A stretch of 64,000 nucleotides of DNA from Octopus vulgaris (GCA_951406725.2 OX597828.1:20832001-20896000), one strand, 5' to 3'. Positions 39,422 through 53,217 are shown, counted from the first letter of the stretch. The notes: a model not told the origin generated them from the letters alone. Numbers and translations are program-made.

Positions 39422-41435
39422 TACGTATGTAATATAATTTTCTGAACCTTCATATTTTAATATGCTAGACCACTGGTTTTAAATTGATATTAATAAAATT
39501 AATATTCAATTTTTCCCCCTTTATTTTAAATTACATATAGAGTTGTATGTATATATAGTTATATAATTTAGTGAAAGTATATATAAGTCAGGTGAAATAT
39601 ATTTAGAAAATATTGCAAAAGTTGAAGTTAGATTAGATATGGTGTGAATTTTTCCAATGACCAATGTAATTTGTACCTCAGCAAGTACACTATATATATA
39701 TAATTATAGTTTATTGTTATTGTTTCTAGTGTGGTTTGATCACCAATCACCATTAAATGTATTATTCCTAGATATGTAGGTACATTCATCTCACCGTCTC
39801 AGTTTAGGTTTGAACCAGGAACCAGTATTTTATATATAAAGAGTATTTCATATTCTTAACTGTCATGTCACTGCTACATGCACAAGGCATAATGGGCTAA
39901 AATGAGACAATTGGGCATGACATTTTGAATGCTGGTGACTTTGCTAACAGTACTTTTTGGCACTAGAGGCAAACACATACAGAATGAGCAATACATATAC
40001 ACACACAGCAAATAAATATATACAAAGATAGTGATAGTGAAAAAAAGGGGCATTATACTTCATTAGTCCTTTAACATCTAAGCTGGCCATATTCAGCCAA
40101 AATATTCTATTTGTTTAAAGCTGAAACTGGTCAGATCTAGCCTCTCACATTTACCCAACAATGTCTGTGTAAAAGTAAACAATCATAGCATTGAAATATT
40201 GAGGTCACAAGCTAATGCATGATTAATTCAAAATAACATCAATAAATAAGCATTACATTTGACAGAGTAATCTGAACACTAAAGGGTTAATTGAACACAG
40301 TTAATAAAATCATTTTCTCTCTCTCAATACGCATAAAGAGAATTATGCCCACACACATAAACAGAGGAGGGAGACCTATGAGTGAAATATTTAGATGTCT
40401 GATGTCAAATAAGTCAGCATCGAACCAGTGAGGCCAAATAGGTGGAGCTAAAACAGCTGAACCAAAATGTCTCGTATGTTTAGTGAGTAACTACATTACA
40501 CTTAATTTTGATATAAAGTTTCCAAGTTCAAAATTTAGTTTGAAACTAAGCTGTACCTACATATACTGCAATAAGACACCTAAAGATGGTGATCAAAGAG
40601 GGAACCAATAAAAAAAATAGTAGAGAAATATTGAAAATATATACGCTAATAACAAGGGTAATAAACTGGAAAATTAACAATGAATTTATCACTGTGATTT
40701 GATTTTAATTAAGGCTTGGTATGTTTCAGTCTAACATGGACTCATCAGCATAGAAATAAATAGATCAGAGTAACTTGAGAGTAACTTGCCAAAGTATTAG
40801 AGATTGAATTGCTAAGAAAACAGAGAAATATAACTCAGAGGTGCCATCAACTTGGAAAAAAAAAAGACAACAGTAAAGTTAGTGTTAGCATATCTAAGGC
40901 AAGGAGAGCATTAAAAATGCTAAATGGAAATAAACAAAAAAAATAATTATGAAGAGAAAGAGGAAGAAAATCAATATTAGTCACCGACTAATATTATTTA
41001 AGTTATTTCAGCAAGTATGAGAGAAAACTCTGGATGTGTTTCAATGTTATGACAAACTCACCAGCAAAGGGTAGTTTTCATCATACTTGCAGAAGTAGTG
41101 ATGAGAGAATTACGAAACAGATGTGCAAGACCGAACACCGGTGGACATAGGAAAGATAGAACTGTTTAGATTGGTATGGAGTAAGAGAATTAATGAAAAA
41201 TAAAAATTAAATAATATCTATATATATATATATATATTGTATGAGATATATATATATATATACATATGAATACATTACTTACACCAACCAGTAGCTGTAT
41301 AAGAAAAACAACAACATGCATTTATATATCTTAATTTAAATCTTAAATATATAGAAAGACATAACAAAGAATAATGAATTGTACATCTTAAATAAACATT
41401 TTCCATCATATAAAATTCCAACACCTGTTTCTGTT

Positions 41436-41909
41436 ATATATGTGTCTTAGGGTCTTTAAATGAGATGGTTCTGTACATCTAATCCATGTTGTATATATGT
41501 CTTAGGGCCTTTAAATGTGGTGGTTCTGTGCATCTAATTAATGCTGTATACATGTCTTAGGGTCTTTAAAAGTGATGGTTCTGTGCATCTAATCAATGCT
41601 GTATACATGTTTTAGGGTCCTTAAATGTAGTAGTTTTGTACATCTAATTGATGTTGTATACATGTCTTAGGGTACTTAGATGTGATGGTTCTGTGTATTT
41701 AATCAATGCTGTATACATGTCTTAGGGTCCTTAAATGTGGTAGTTTTGTACATCTAATTGATGTTGTATACATGTTTTACGGTCCTTAGATGTGATGGTT
41801 CTGCGTATTTAATCAATGCTGTATACATGTGGTAGTTTTGTACATCTAATCGACGTTGTATACATGTTTTAGGGTCCTTAGATGTGATGGTTCTGTGCAT
41901 CTAATCAAT
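41436..41909. repeat. 55-bp minisatellite, about 9 units, partly a 110-bp dimer
   Basis: The T(C/T)TTA(G/C)GG anchor recurs at 41445, 41500, 41555, 41610, 41665, 41720 and 41775. About two more units lie at 42368-42475. Confidence 0.92.
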
Positions 41910-42183
41910 TTATATCAAATCAGCCATAGTACAAATTTCAATCCAACTTTCCTCAAGATGTTTTCCCACCTTACTTTGGAACTTTACATGAAATCCTTCA
42001 AAGTGAACTCAGGGTTTACCAACCAAAAGGTGTACATCTGTAACTGATTATTTCGCACAATTCTAAATGTTTCCAGATGTATGATGTGATTAGCCAGATC
42101 TGGATGTCTGGATTTTAACAGAATGCTCATAAGACACCTGCCCGGATTTAAAATCTGTATTCTTGGGTTTCATGTATGTGTGT

Positions 42184-42266
<83 letters not shown>

Positions 42267-42473
42267 CACACATGCACATTTGTTGCATGTTCCAGAATAC
42301 ATTTTGACAGCTAGTTGAAATTTTGCATAAAATTAGTCTTAGGAAAAGCCACATAGCCTATCTTATATAAATGAGATGGTTCTGCGCATCTAATCAATGC
42401 TGTATACATGTTTTAGGGTCTTAGATGTGATGGTTCTGTACATCTAATCCATGTTGTATATATATCATAGAGT

Positions 42474-42623
42474 CTTAACATTAGAGGATCCAGGCTCGGA
42501 TTTTTACATCCGGCATAGCATTTGAGTGGATGTTAAACCGAGTGGAATTTTCGCACAGCCCATCCCCTGTCCCTCTCCCAGTGGCTCCGCTGAGCATGGA
42601 TGACATTGACTCACACTGAAATA
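42474..42623. repeat. ~150-bp direct repeat, copy 1 (copy 2 at 43365-43514)
   Basis: CTTAACATTAGAGGATCCAGGC..GACTCACACTGAAATA is duplicated 891 bp downstream. Confidence 0.92.
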
Positions 42624-43272
42624 GCTGTAAGACCCTCTATCTATAAATGCTCTAATATCTACACAGCCCTGGTTTTTTATCTTATTACGCAAAAAATTTC
42701 TTATATACACACGCTGACATAGAACCAACGTTGAACCCCTTATTCGCAATATTACCGAATCTGGAACTTAACTATGGTCTGTCTATAGCACTTATTCAGC
42801 ATTACCTGACAACTTTGGGTCTCAATGACACCATTATCTCTTATAACCTCAATTATCTTATATAATATACATATATGTCTATGCGTGTTTGCATGCATAT
42901 GTGACTATGTATGTTTATATGCATGTGTGTGCATGTATATGTTTGTGTGAGTGTGCATGTATATGTTTGTGTGTGTGTGCATGTGGTGCACAAATATATG
43001 GGTGCATATATAAGTGTGTATGCATACATATGTATGCATGTCTATGCCTGCATGTATACGTAACTATATACTTTTACACACACACATTTCAACAGGTTCA
43101 GTACATGAAACAGAAGTGTGAATCTAGCCATTCAGCGGAGCTGAAAATGACCAGAATGAGAGCGAAAAATAAGTCAAGCAGAACAAAAGCAGAGGGAACC
43201 TAAAACCAGAATATAGAACAAACACCGCAGAACACAGCTTTCCAATAGCTTACCGTCCCACTCACTCCCCCT

Positions 43273-43313
<41 letters not shown>

Positions 43314-43664
43314 TGTGTGTGTGGGTGGGTGGGTGGGTGTGTGTGTGTGTTGTGGTCCAGTGACCTTAACATTAGAGGATCCAGGCTTGGGTTTTTACAT
43401 CCGGCATAGCATTTGAGTGGATGTTAAACCGAGTGGAATTTTACCGCAGCCCATCCCCCTTCCCTCCCCCAGTGGCTCCACCGAGCATGGATGACATTGA
43501 CTCACACTGAAATATATTCAATCAATATAAATCGAACATAACAAACAAAAAAACAAAACAAAAAACAGAAAAGAAAAAGGAACCATGATATTAATTGATT
43601 TAACCGTATAGTTATTAACATTACACACAAATAAAACATCTGGATATATATATGTATACATATA

Positions 43665-43734
<70 letters not shown>

Positions 43735-43899
43735 AAGTGGTGATGGGGCTTGTGTTTAGATATACATAGGCACACGTGTGTATATATATATATATATGTA
43801 CACAAATACATACATACAAATGTATGACAAATACATATATATATATACATGTATGTATGTATATATATATATATGCATGTATGTATGTATATATATATG

Positions 43900-43942
<43 letters not shown>

Positions 43943-44230
43943 TGAGAGAGGGGGAATGTTCTCTGTTATTTTGAAATTGTTTTCTTGTCCTTTTCATTTG
44001 TTTTTTTACATCAATAATTCTTTATTTGTTTGGTGTAACAATTCTTTTCACAGTTGAATGATTGACCGAAAACCAATCAATTGTATGGTATACATACATG
44101 ATTGATTCACAAACACACACACACATACACACACACATATATATATATATATGCACATACATGCATGCATGTACAACTAACAATAAGCAGGCAACTGTCA
44201 ACTATTATAGGGCTCAATTCTAAAATAAAC

Positions 44231-44324
<94 letters not shown>

Positions 44325-44679
44325 ATATATGTATGTATATATATATATGTATATGTATGTATATATATATATGTATATGTATGTATATATATATATGTAT
44401 ATATATGTATGCATATATATATGTATATATATATATATACATATATATATATACATATACATACATATATATATATATATATATGTGTGTGTATGTCCGT
44501 GTTTGTCTGCCACCATTACTTAGCAACTGATGTTGTTGTGTTTATGTCTCTGTAACTCAGCGGCTTGGCAAAGGAGACTGATAGAATAAGTACTAGGCTT
44601 ACAAAGAATAAATCCTGGAGTCGATTTGTTCGACTAAAGACGGTGCCACAGTCATATGACTGAAACAAGTAGAAGAATA

Positions 44680-44735
<56 letters not shown>

Positions 44736-44832
44736 ATCCAAACAAGAAAAGCACAAAATAACACAACAACGCGAGGACGTGGAACAAATATAGTATTATT
44801 GGACGCTCAGTACACGGTACACACGCGGTCAC

Positions 44833-44888
<56 letters not shown>

Positions 44889-44904
44889 CATGTATATGTA
44901 ACTA

Positions 44905-45795
44905 TGGGAGAGGTAAGTCAATTACATTGAATGCAGTGTTCAACTGGTACTTAAACCATTCATCCCTGAAGGGATGAAATACTAAGAAAACCTTGGCAAA
45001 ATTTCTAAGTATTTCATCCAAATTGCTAACAATTCTGCCAGCTTACCACCTTAATAAAATTCTTTCTACTAAAGTCACAAGGCCTGAAATTTGAGGGGAA
45101 GGGACTAGTCGATTAGATTGACCCCAGTGCGTAATTTGTACTTAATTTATCGACCCCGAAAGGATGAGAGGTAAAGTCGACATCAGTGGAATTTGAACTC
45201 AGAACGTACCGATGGGTAAAATACCGCTAAGCATTTCATCTGGCGTGCTAACGATTCTGCCAACTCACCGCCTTCAATAATAATAGAAGAACTGTTTGGT
45301 CCAATGGTAGAACGTCAACCGTGTTTACAGGTGATCTGGGTTCGAGTCCCGAAATAGCTTTCAAGGCAGTGAGCTGGGAGAAACATTAGCACACCAGGCG
45401 AAATTTTTAGGGTATTTCGCCTGTCTTTACGTTCTGAGTTCAAATTCCACTGAGGTTGACTTTGCATTTCATCCTTTCGGGGTCGATAAATTAGGTACCA
45501 GTTTCATACTGGGGTCAATCTAATCGACTGGCCCTCCCCAAAGATTTCAGGCCTTGTGCCTAGAGTAGAAAAGATTATTATAGCTTGGTGGCGAGCTGGC
45601 AGAAATGTTGGCACGCTGGTTGAACTGCTTAGCAGTATTTCGTCTGTCTTTACATTCTGAGTTCAAATTCCGCCGAGGTCAACTTTGCCTTTCATCCTTT
45701 TGGGGTTCGATAAATTAAGCACCAGTTTTGTACTGGGGTCAATTTAATCGACTGGGCCCCCTCCCCAAAAATTTCGGGCCTTGTGCCTAGAATTT
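44905..45795. mobile_element. Four SINE family B copies, two minus then two plus (divergent)
   Basis: 44905-45052 (-), 45060-45274 (-), 45362-45576 (+), 45585-45795 (+). Confidence 0.85.
45291..45358 (+). pseudogene. Solo tRNA-like sequence (tRNA pseudogene or orphan SINE head)
   Basis: A box TGGTCCAATGG, B box GGTTCGAGTCCC, acceptor-like stem ACTGTTT/AAATAGC. The anticodon arm is non-canonical. Confidence 0.5.
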
Positions 45796-46065
45796 AAAAA
45801 AATAAAATAATAATAATAATAATTTCTGATAAAGACACAAGACCAGAAATTTGGTGAGAGGGAAAACAATCCTTTATATAGATCTTAAAACTTAACGAGC
45901 ACTATTTTATCAAACGCAGAACAATGAAAAGTAAAACTGAACTTGGGAGAAATTGAACTCAGAATATAAAGACACAACACTAAGCACCATAATACTTTGT
46001 AGAACCAACGGAATAACCAATCTGGCCATTTTTGCTGCCATTAATATAAATAAGTAAAAAAAAAT

Positions 46066-46659
46066 CAAAATCAAATGGAAATAGTTGTGGCCGATGCCAG
46101 TACCACCTGACTGGCTCCTGTGATGGTGGCACACAATAAGCACCATTCATGTGTGGGTCATTGCCAGTGCCACCTGACTGGCTCCCCGCACCTGTGACAC
46201 ATAAAAAGTACCATCTGGATGTGGTCGATGCCAGCCCCCTTGCCCCAACTGGCTCCTATGATGGTGGCACACAATAAACACCATTCATGTGTGGGTCATT
46301 GCCAGTCCCACCTGACTGGCTTCCCGCGCCTGTGGCACATAAAAAGCACCATCCGAACGTGGTCAATGCCAGCCCCCTTGCCCCAACCGGCTCCTGTGCA
46401 GGCAGCATGTAAAAAGCACCATCCGAATGTGGCCGATGCCAGTGCCACCTAACTGGTTCCTGTGCCGATGGCATGTAAAAAACACCCACTACACTCTTGA
46501 AGTGGATGGCATTAGGAAGGGCATCCAGCCATAGAAACATTACCAGATCAGACTGGAGCCTGGTGCGGCCTCCTGGCTTGCCAGTCCACAGTCAAACCGT
46601 CCAACCCATACCAGCATGGAAAACAGACGTTAAACGACGACGACGACGATGATGATGAT
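46066..46659 (+). mobile_element. Retroposon family E: internal ~68-bp minisatellite plus (GAT)n tail
   Basis: Six tandem GTGGYCRATGCCAG..TGGCAC.TAAAAAGCACC units, then GGAAGGGCATCCAGC..GACGTTAAACGATGATG. Other copies lie near 13125, 18700, 20620, 23140, 24090, 32295, 50140, 55360, 57730 and 63215. Confidence 0.8.
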
Positions 46660-47800
46660 TAATAAATTTCCAAAATTCTCAACAATTCTCTTTTAGTCTC
46701 TTTATTTCGTTTTCTTCAAAATGGAAATTTAATAAGCCGATTCTTTCAGGATTCTGAATAAGCAAAAATTCAACTAGTCAAAGAATCTACACAGTTGGTG
46801 AATACGTTAAAATTAGGTCACCAGACATCAAATATCTTACAGGAATCTGACTTCTGAAATTAAGGAGAGGGAGGGGTACCAAAAATAAAAAAAAATGAAA
46901 ATCATATACAAAGAAAGAAAAGGAAGGAAAAGGGAGGAAATTTTTTTCTTTTTAAATTCTATTTTCCTTTTGCCAAATTTCGGTAAAATTCTTATATTTT
47001 ATTTTATTTTCCTGGTTTTCCTTCCTATTTCTTCAATTTGTGAATGTAATATAATGTTGAGGATGAAAAAAAAAAAAAAACTCAAAAATAATCAAAGATA
47101 ACAATCAATCGTTAAAAAGTCTCCATGTAGTCACATGTCCTGCTAGAAATAGAAGCCAACTGATCACATAACATACATTACTGAGGGCTGAGTTGGAACT
47201 AAGTAACAACAATAAAACCACCATCAACATATATCTCGTCACCACCACCAATGATGGCCCTCAACATGCACACGCACACACACAATATATACATATACAC
47301 ATACTTACATACATACATATATATATATATATATACACACATACATACAAATAAATTCATACATATACATACATACACACACACATAGTATATATATTTA
47401 CATACACAAACACATATATATACACACTGGGGTCGATGTAATCGACTTAATCCCTTTGTCTGTCCTTGTTTGTCCTCTCTATGTTTAGCCCCTTGTGGGC
47501 AATAAAGAAATAAGAAACTGAAAGAAACCCGTCGTATATACATATATGTATATATCTATGTGTGTGCGCGTACATGCGTGTACGTGTGTGTGTGTGTGAG
47601 TTTGTGTGTCTGTATTTGTCCCACCCCCACCATCGCATGTCAACCGATGCTGGTGTGTTTATGTCTTAGTGGTTCTGCAAAAGAGAATGACAGAATAAGT
47701 ACTTGACTTATAAAGAATAAGTCCTGGGGTAGATTTTCTCAACTAAAGGCAATGCTACAGCATGGTCACAGTCAAATGACTTAAACAAATAAAAGAACAG

Positions 47801-47834
<34 letters not shown>

Positions 47835-47835
<1 letters not shown>

Positions 47836-48127
47836 GAGGCGCAATGGCCTAGTGGTTAGGGCAGCGGACTCGCGGTCGCAGGATCGTGGTTTCGATTCCC
47901 AGACCGGGCATTGTGAGTGTTTATTGAGCGAAAACACCTAAAAGCTCCACGAGGCTCCGGCAGGGGGTGGTGATCCCTGCTGTACTCTTTCACCACTCTT
48001 TCTTCTGTTGGCCTGCTCGCTTAGCCAGCGGGGTGGCGTCATTCGAAGGCTAAAACAATGCGAACATATTGTGACCAGCGATGTGTAACAACATCTGATG
48101 GTCTGGTCGGTCACGTGATCACGTGAT
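47835..48127 (+). mobile_element. SINE family C
   Basis: Full-length, CpG-rich (young) copy in a microsatellite. Confidence 0.9.
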
Positions 48128-48562
48128 ATATATATATATATATAGCTCTGATGGTGCAAACAGTAGAATAGAACTCGAAACTCAAGTATATATGTTTTTT
48201 TAATAATTATCAGCAGAAGTTAAAGAGTTACCCAAGAGCCGAGAGTCTCATGTGCTGCAACTTATTAAACACACACACATATATATATATATATATAACA
48301 AACACACGCACACACACTCAGACATACATATTTTGAAACGTTCCACACAGTAATATCACTGGTCTGATCTGAGTTTCCTGCAACAGCGATCTTCAAACGG
48401 CTAATTTTACTCAAGGGATTTTATCAAAGCTTAGCATTAATGATTCCAAGAATGGTTGGCCAGCCAACCAACCAGCCAGCCAGCCAGCCGTCATGTGGTA
48501 GAAGAGTAGAAAACCTAGATTTCAACGAAGCAACAGTGCTAGAAGAATTTACTAAATAACAC

Positions 48563-48595
<33 letters not shown>

Positions 48596-48794
48596 TGATG
48601 ATGATGATGATGATGGTTTCAAATTTTGACACAGGGCCAGCAATTTCAGAGCAGGAGACTAGTTGATTACATCAACTAATGTTAATAATAATAATAATCA
48701 TAATAATGATAATAATAATAATGAAGGTGGTTTCAAATTTTGGCACAAGGCCAGCAATTTCGGAGCAGGAGACTAGTTGATTACATCAACTAAT

Positions 48795-48836
<42 letters not shown>

Positions 48837-49703
48837 CATAATATGGCAGGAAGGAAAACAAACATTAATTGATGATGATGATATTGATGATAGTGGTGGT
48901 GGTCGTCGTCGTCATGTTGATGATGGGGGTGGTGATGAGGGTGATAATGATGGTGATGACTAAAAAGAGTGTAATAAAATACAGACAAGAAATTGTATCT
49001 GTTGCTCTTCTGATTGTCCCATTCTTTAACCTCATGATAATACCACTACCACAACTAATAATAATAATAATAATGATAATAATCCTCTCTTTATTGGCCA
49101 CAAGGGTCGAACACAGAAACATATAGGGACAATACAAAACAAGGGACAAGAAGGGTTTAAGAGAGAAAATTAAACGAAGAGGCAGGATTTCCAAATTTGG
49201 CAGAAGGCCACAAAGTGATTCTAGCATTTCGCTCAAGGGTCAAGGCTGTGGCTTAATTTATCTACTCTGGTTGTTGTTGTTGTGTTGACTGCTGAGCCCT
49301 GTTGCAGTCCTGATTAAAGGGATCCATGATCAAAGGTGATGCAGCCATAACGAACCTTTCATAGATGGTGGGTGACATTTTTTTTAATGTCCCTTTACTC
49401 TTTTACCCTTTTACTTGTTTCAGTCATTTGACTGCGGCCATGCTGGAGCACTGCCTTTTAGTCGAGCAAGTCGACCCTAAGACTTATTTCTTTGTAAGCC
49501 TAGTACTTATCCTATCGGTCTCTTTTGCCAAAACCGCTAAGTTACGGGGACGTAAACACAACAGCACCGGTTGTCAAGCGATGTTGGGGAGGGACAAACA
49601 CAGACATACATATATGAGTAAAAGAGTAAGAGTAAAGAGCAATTTCAACTTCCACCATTGCAAATGTTTACTGTTACATATATATATGTATACATATATA
49701 TAT

Positions 49704-50007
49704 GGAGGCGCAATGGCCCAGTGGTTAGGGTAGAGGACTCGCGGTCGTAGGATCGCGGTTTCGATTCCCAGACCGGGCATTCTGAGTGTTTATTGAGCGA
49801 AAACACCTAAAAGCTCCACGAGGCTCTGGCAGGGGGTGGTGATCCCTGCTGTACTCTTTCACCACTCTTTCTCCCACTCTTTCTTCTGTTGGCCTGCTCG
49901 CTTAGCCAGCAGGGTGGCATCATTCGAAGGCTAAAACAATGCGAACACATTGTGACCAGCGATGTGTAACAACATCTGATGGCGTGGTTGGTCACGTGAT
50001 CACGTGA
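49704..50007 (+). mobile_element. SINE family C
   Basis: Full-length copy lying between two parts of a family A copy. Confidence 0.9.
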
Positions 50008-50717
50008 TATATATATATGATGGGCTTCTTTCAGTTTCCATCTACCAAATCTTCTCACAAGGCTTTGGTCAGCCTGAAGCTACATTTTGTAAAACGACAT
50101 CAGGAAGAATTAATGGGAAAGTCAACTGCAGCAGAAATAAAAGTGGGCCGGTGCCACATATAAAGCACCCATACCGGTGCCACGTATAAAGCACACCTGC
50201 TGGTGTCACATAAAAAGTGCCACATAAATTGAGCATTCATGCCAGTTCCAGGTATAAAGCACCCATACTGGTGGAACACATGAGACATATAAGGCACCCA
50301 TGCTGGTGCCACGTAACAGGTACCCAGAACACTTTGTAAAGTGGTTGGCGTTATTAGGAAGGGCATCCAGCCATAGAAACCATGCGAAAACAGACAACTG
50401 GAGCCTGGTGTGGTTCTCCAGTTGGCCAGCCCCTGTCAAACCATCCAACCCATGCCAGCACGGAGAACGAACATTAAACGATGATGATGGTAATGATGAC
50501 GATGAGGATGATTATGATGACGGTGGAGGTGGTGGTGATGATTATGATGATGATGCGGAGGAGGAGGAGGAAGAGAGGAGGGGTAGACAACAATTTTGGA
50601 CATTGCTACTCGTCATCTAGCAATGAAGAGAGCAAAGATGTGTCAACGACAACAACAACAATGATGCTGAATGACAGTTGAGCAATGACCACAACGTCAA
50701 TGACGATGAAGCTGATG

Positions 50718-50748
<31 letters not shown>

Positions 50749-51199
50749 GAACAATGACTGCGATGAAGCCGATGATAATTCTTTTATGCTAATGACAATG
50801 ACGGTGAAATAATAAAACTTCAAAAATTCTTTGCCAGAATTAATCAGAACATTACTATTAACCGCATCTGAGTATATTTGTGCACACACACACACACATA
50901 CACACACACACACACACATGCACACAAACACACACACACACACATACATATATACACATATATGTATGTACGCATACGTATATATGCACGTGTGTGTATG
51001 TGTATGTATCTATGTATGTATTCCTCCAAGGAAGATTTTGATAATTTTGGAGATATTCTTAAATTCTCTGACTTTATTTATTTCAAATTTATAAAAAAAA
51101 ATCATCATCATCATCATAATCATTACCATAACAATAATGTTATGATTTCTTTCATTGGCCACAAATGTCCAAGGCACTAAAGAATAAGGTTTTACAAGA

Positions 51200-51242
<43 letters not shown>

Positions 51243-52090
51243 TACACAGGAATATTTTTAAAAGAAATTAAGAAAAACAGTGAAAAAAAATGGAATCTTT
51301 TTTTTTCAAATAAACAAATAAATAAAAATTATTTTAATTTAATTAAATTTATGACCAAAATAAGAAAGAGAAAACAAGAAAAGAACCTCATTTACATATT
51401 GGAAAAATGTTCAAGAAGGAATATTTTATAGTTGTTGCAAAATTAATTTTCAGAACAGCGGTGATGTTGGCGGCAACGGTGGTGGTGGTGGTCGTCGTCG
51501 TAGGAGGTGAGTGTCGGGGCTGGAATCAGACAAGCGAAATTCCCTTGTCTGCAACGTCGGTGCCAGCTTTTATGCAGAAAAATGTCCAGGATTGAAGAGA
51601 TGGCGCATAAATGTATAATAATGAATGCAAGGAAGCATATGCGGATACACAAATACATTTGTATGTGCATTCATGTGTGTGCATGTGTGTGTGTGTGTGT
51701 GTGTGGTGGGGAGGTGGTATGGGTCGGATGTTGAATAATGTCTGGTTACATGTCGAAGAAGTCAGATAAATCGAATCACAGATTTTATCAAGCTACGTTC
51801 CTGATCCACATCTGTCAGTACGATTTATCTGTCATCTTCCGGATGAATCCACACGTGTAGGCATGGCATAGCTATGAAGTTCCAAACGATTCTTCCGCCT
51901 GCTTTCTGTCATCAGACAGTAGCCATGCTGGAGCATGGCCTTTTAAGAGTCCTTAAGGGTTTTAGACATATCCACAGCAGTGCTTATTTCAACAACCTCT
52001 ACTGGTTGAACTGCCAAGTTAAGAGATATGAAGAGAGAAATAGAACAACTTTTAGACCATAAAGATGAACACATACATTAATACACATAA

Positions 52091-52124
<34 letters not shown>

Positions 52125-52402
52125 ATATATATATAGGAAGAGTTCAAGAAAATAACAAAAGACAAAAGATGAAGACAGGTGGTGTAGAAAACAAACAGAT
52201 GTATTAGTATAACGCTCAGGGATTGAAAAAGTCTGCAGGAGTGGCTGTGCGGTAAGTAGCTTGCTTACCAACAGCATGGTTACAGGTTCATTCCTACTGT
52301 GTGGCACCTTGGGCAAGTGTCTTCTACTATAGCCTTGGGCTGACCAAAGCTTTGTGAGTGGATTTGGTGGATGGAAACTGAAAGAAGTCTGTCATATATA
52401 TG

Positions 52403-52435
<33 letters not shown>

Positions 52436-53174
52436 GTTTGTGTGTCTGTGTTTGTCCCCCGTCCCCCAACATTGCTTGACAACCGATGGTGGTGTGTTTA
52501 CATCCCCGTGACTTAGCAGTTTGGCAAAAGAGAACGATAGAAACTGCAAGAAACTTGGTCGTTGGATGTTCAATTTCATGTGAACATTTTTTAAAGTAGA
52601 CTTCCACCTAATCCACTTTTCATGCCCACCACCAATGTCTTTGTTGCCAGCAGTTTGAATGGAATTCAAAGGGCAGGCCCCCTCCCTGAATTTCCTCCTC
52701 CTCCGACTAGCTTATAAAGTGTAAATTATCCAATGCATTGTGAAACATGAAATGCTTTAAATCCGGATTGTGGGAGGAATGGAAGTTAAGTGTGGAGGTG
52801 CAACAGGGTCAAGTGGAGTTTGGCTCACAGGGAGCTTCACTACTCACTCACAGTAAGGTGCTCGCTGGCCACTTGAGACCCTGCATGGATGTTAAACACT
52901 TTAAACGCTTAAAGTTGTTAAATCAATGGCCTGGTTGACCTTCCAAATTAAATTGTACTTAAGTGACTGCTAGACAAAACAGCTTTAAACCAGAGATACA
53001 CATAGACAGGTACACACACACACACACAAACGTTTATATATACACACATACAGAGAACTTTCCTCCATCCAGTCCAGATTTAAACTATATACACGTGTGT
53101 GCATGTATGCAAATGCATATATTTTAAAGTTTTTTTGTTCAAAATTGTCAAGTGACACATATGCCTGCATTCAG

Positions 53175-53217
<43 letters not shown>

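Noticed and set aside
41436-41909. CRISPR-like array
   Set aside because: A pure tandem repeat with no unique spacers.
47835-47910. SINE heads as functional tRNA genes
   Set aside because: They continue into multi-copy SINE bodies and lack complete cloverleafs and terminators.
48612-48800. Tandem duplicated ~75-bp segment
   Set aside because: An ordinary local duplication of a SINE B tail between (AAT)n tracts.
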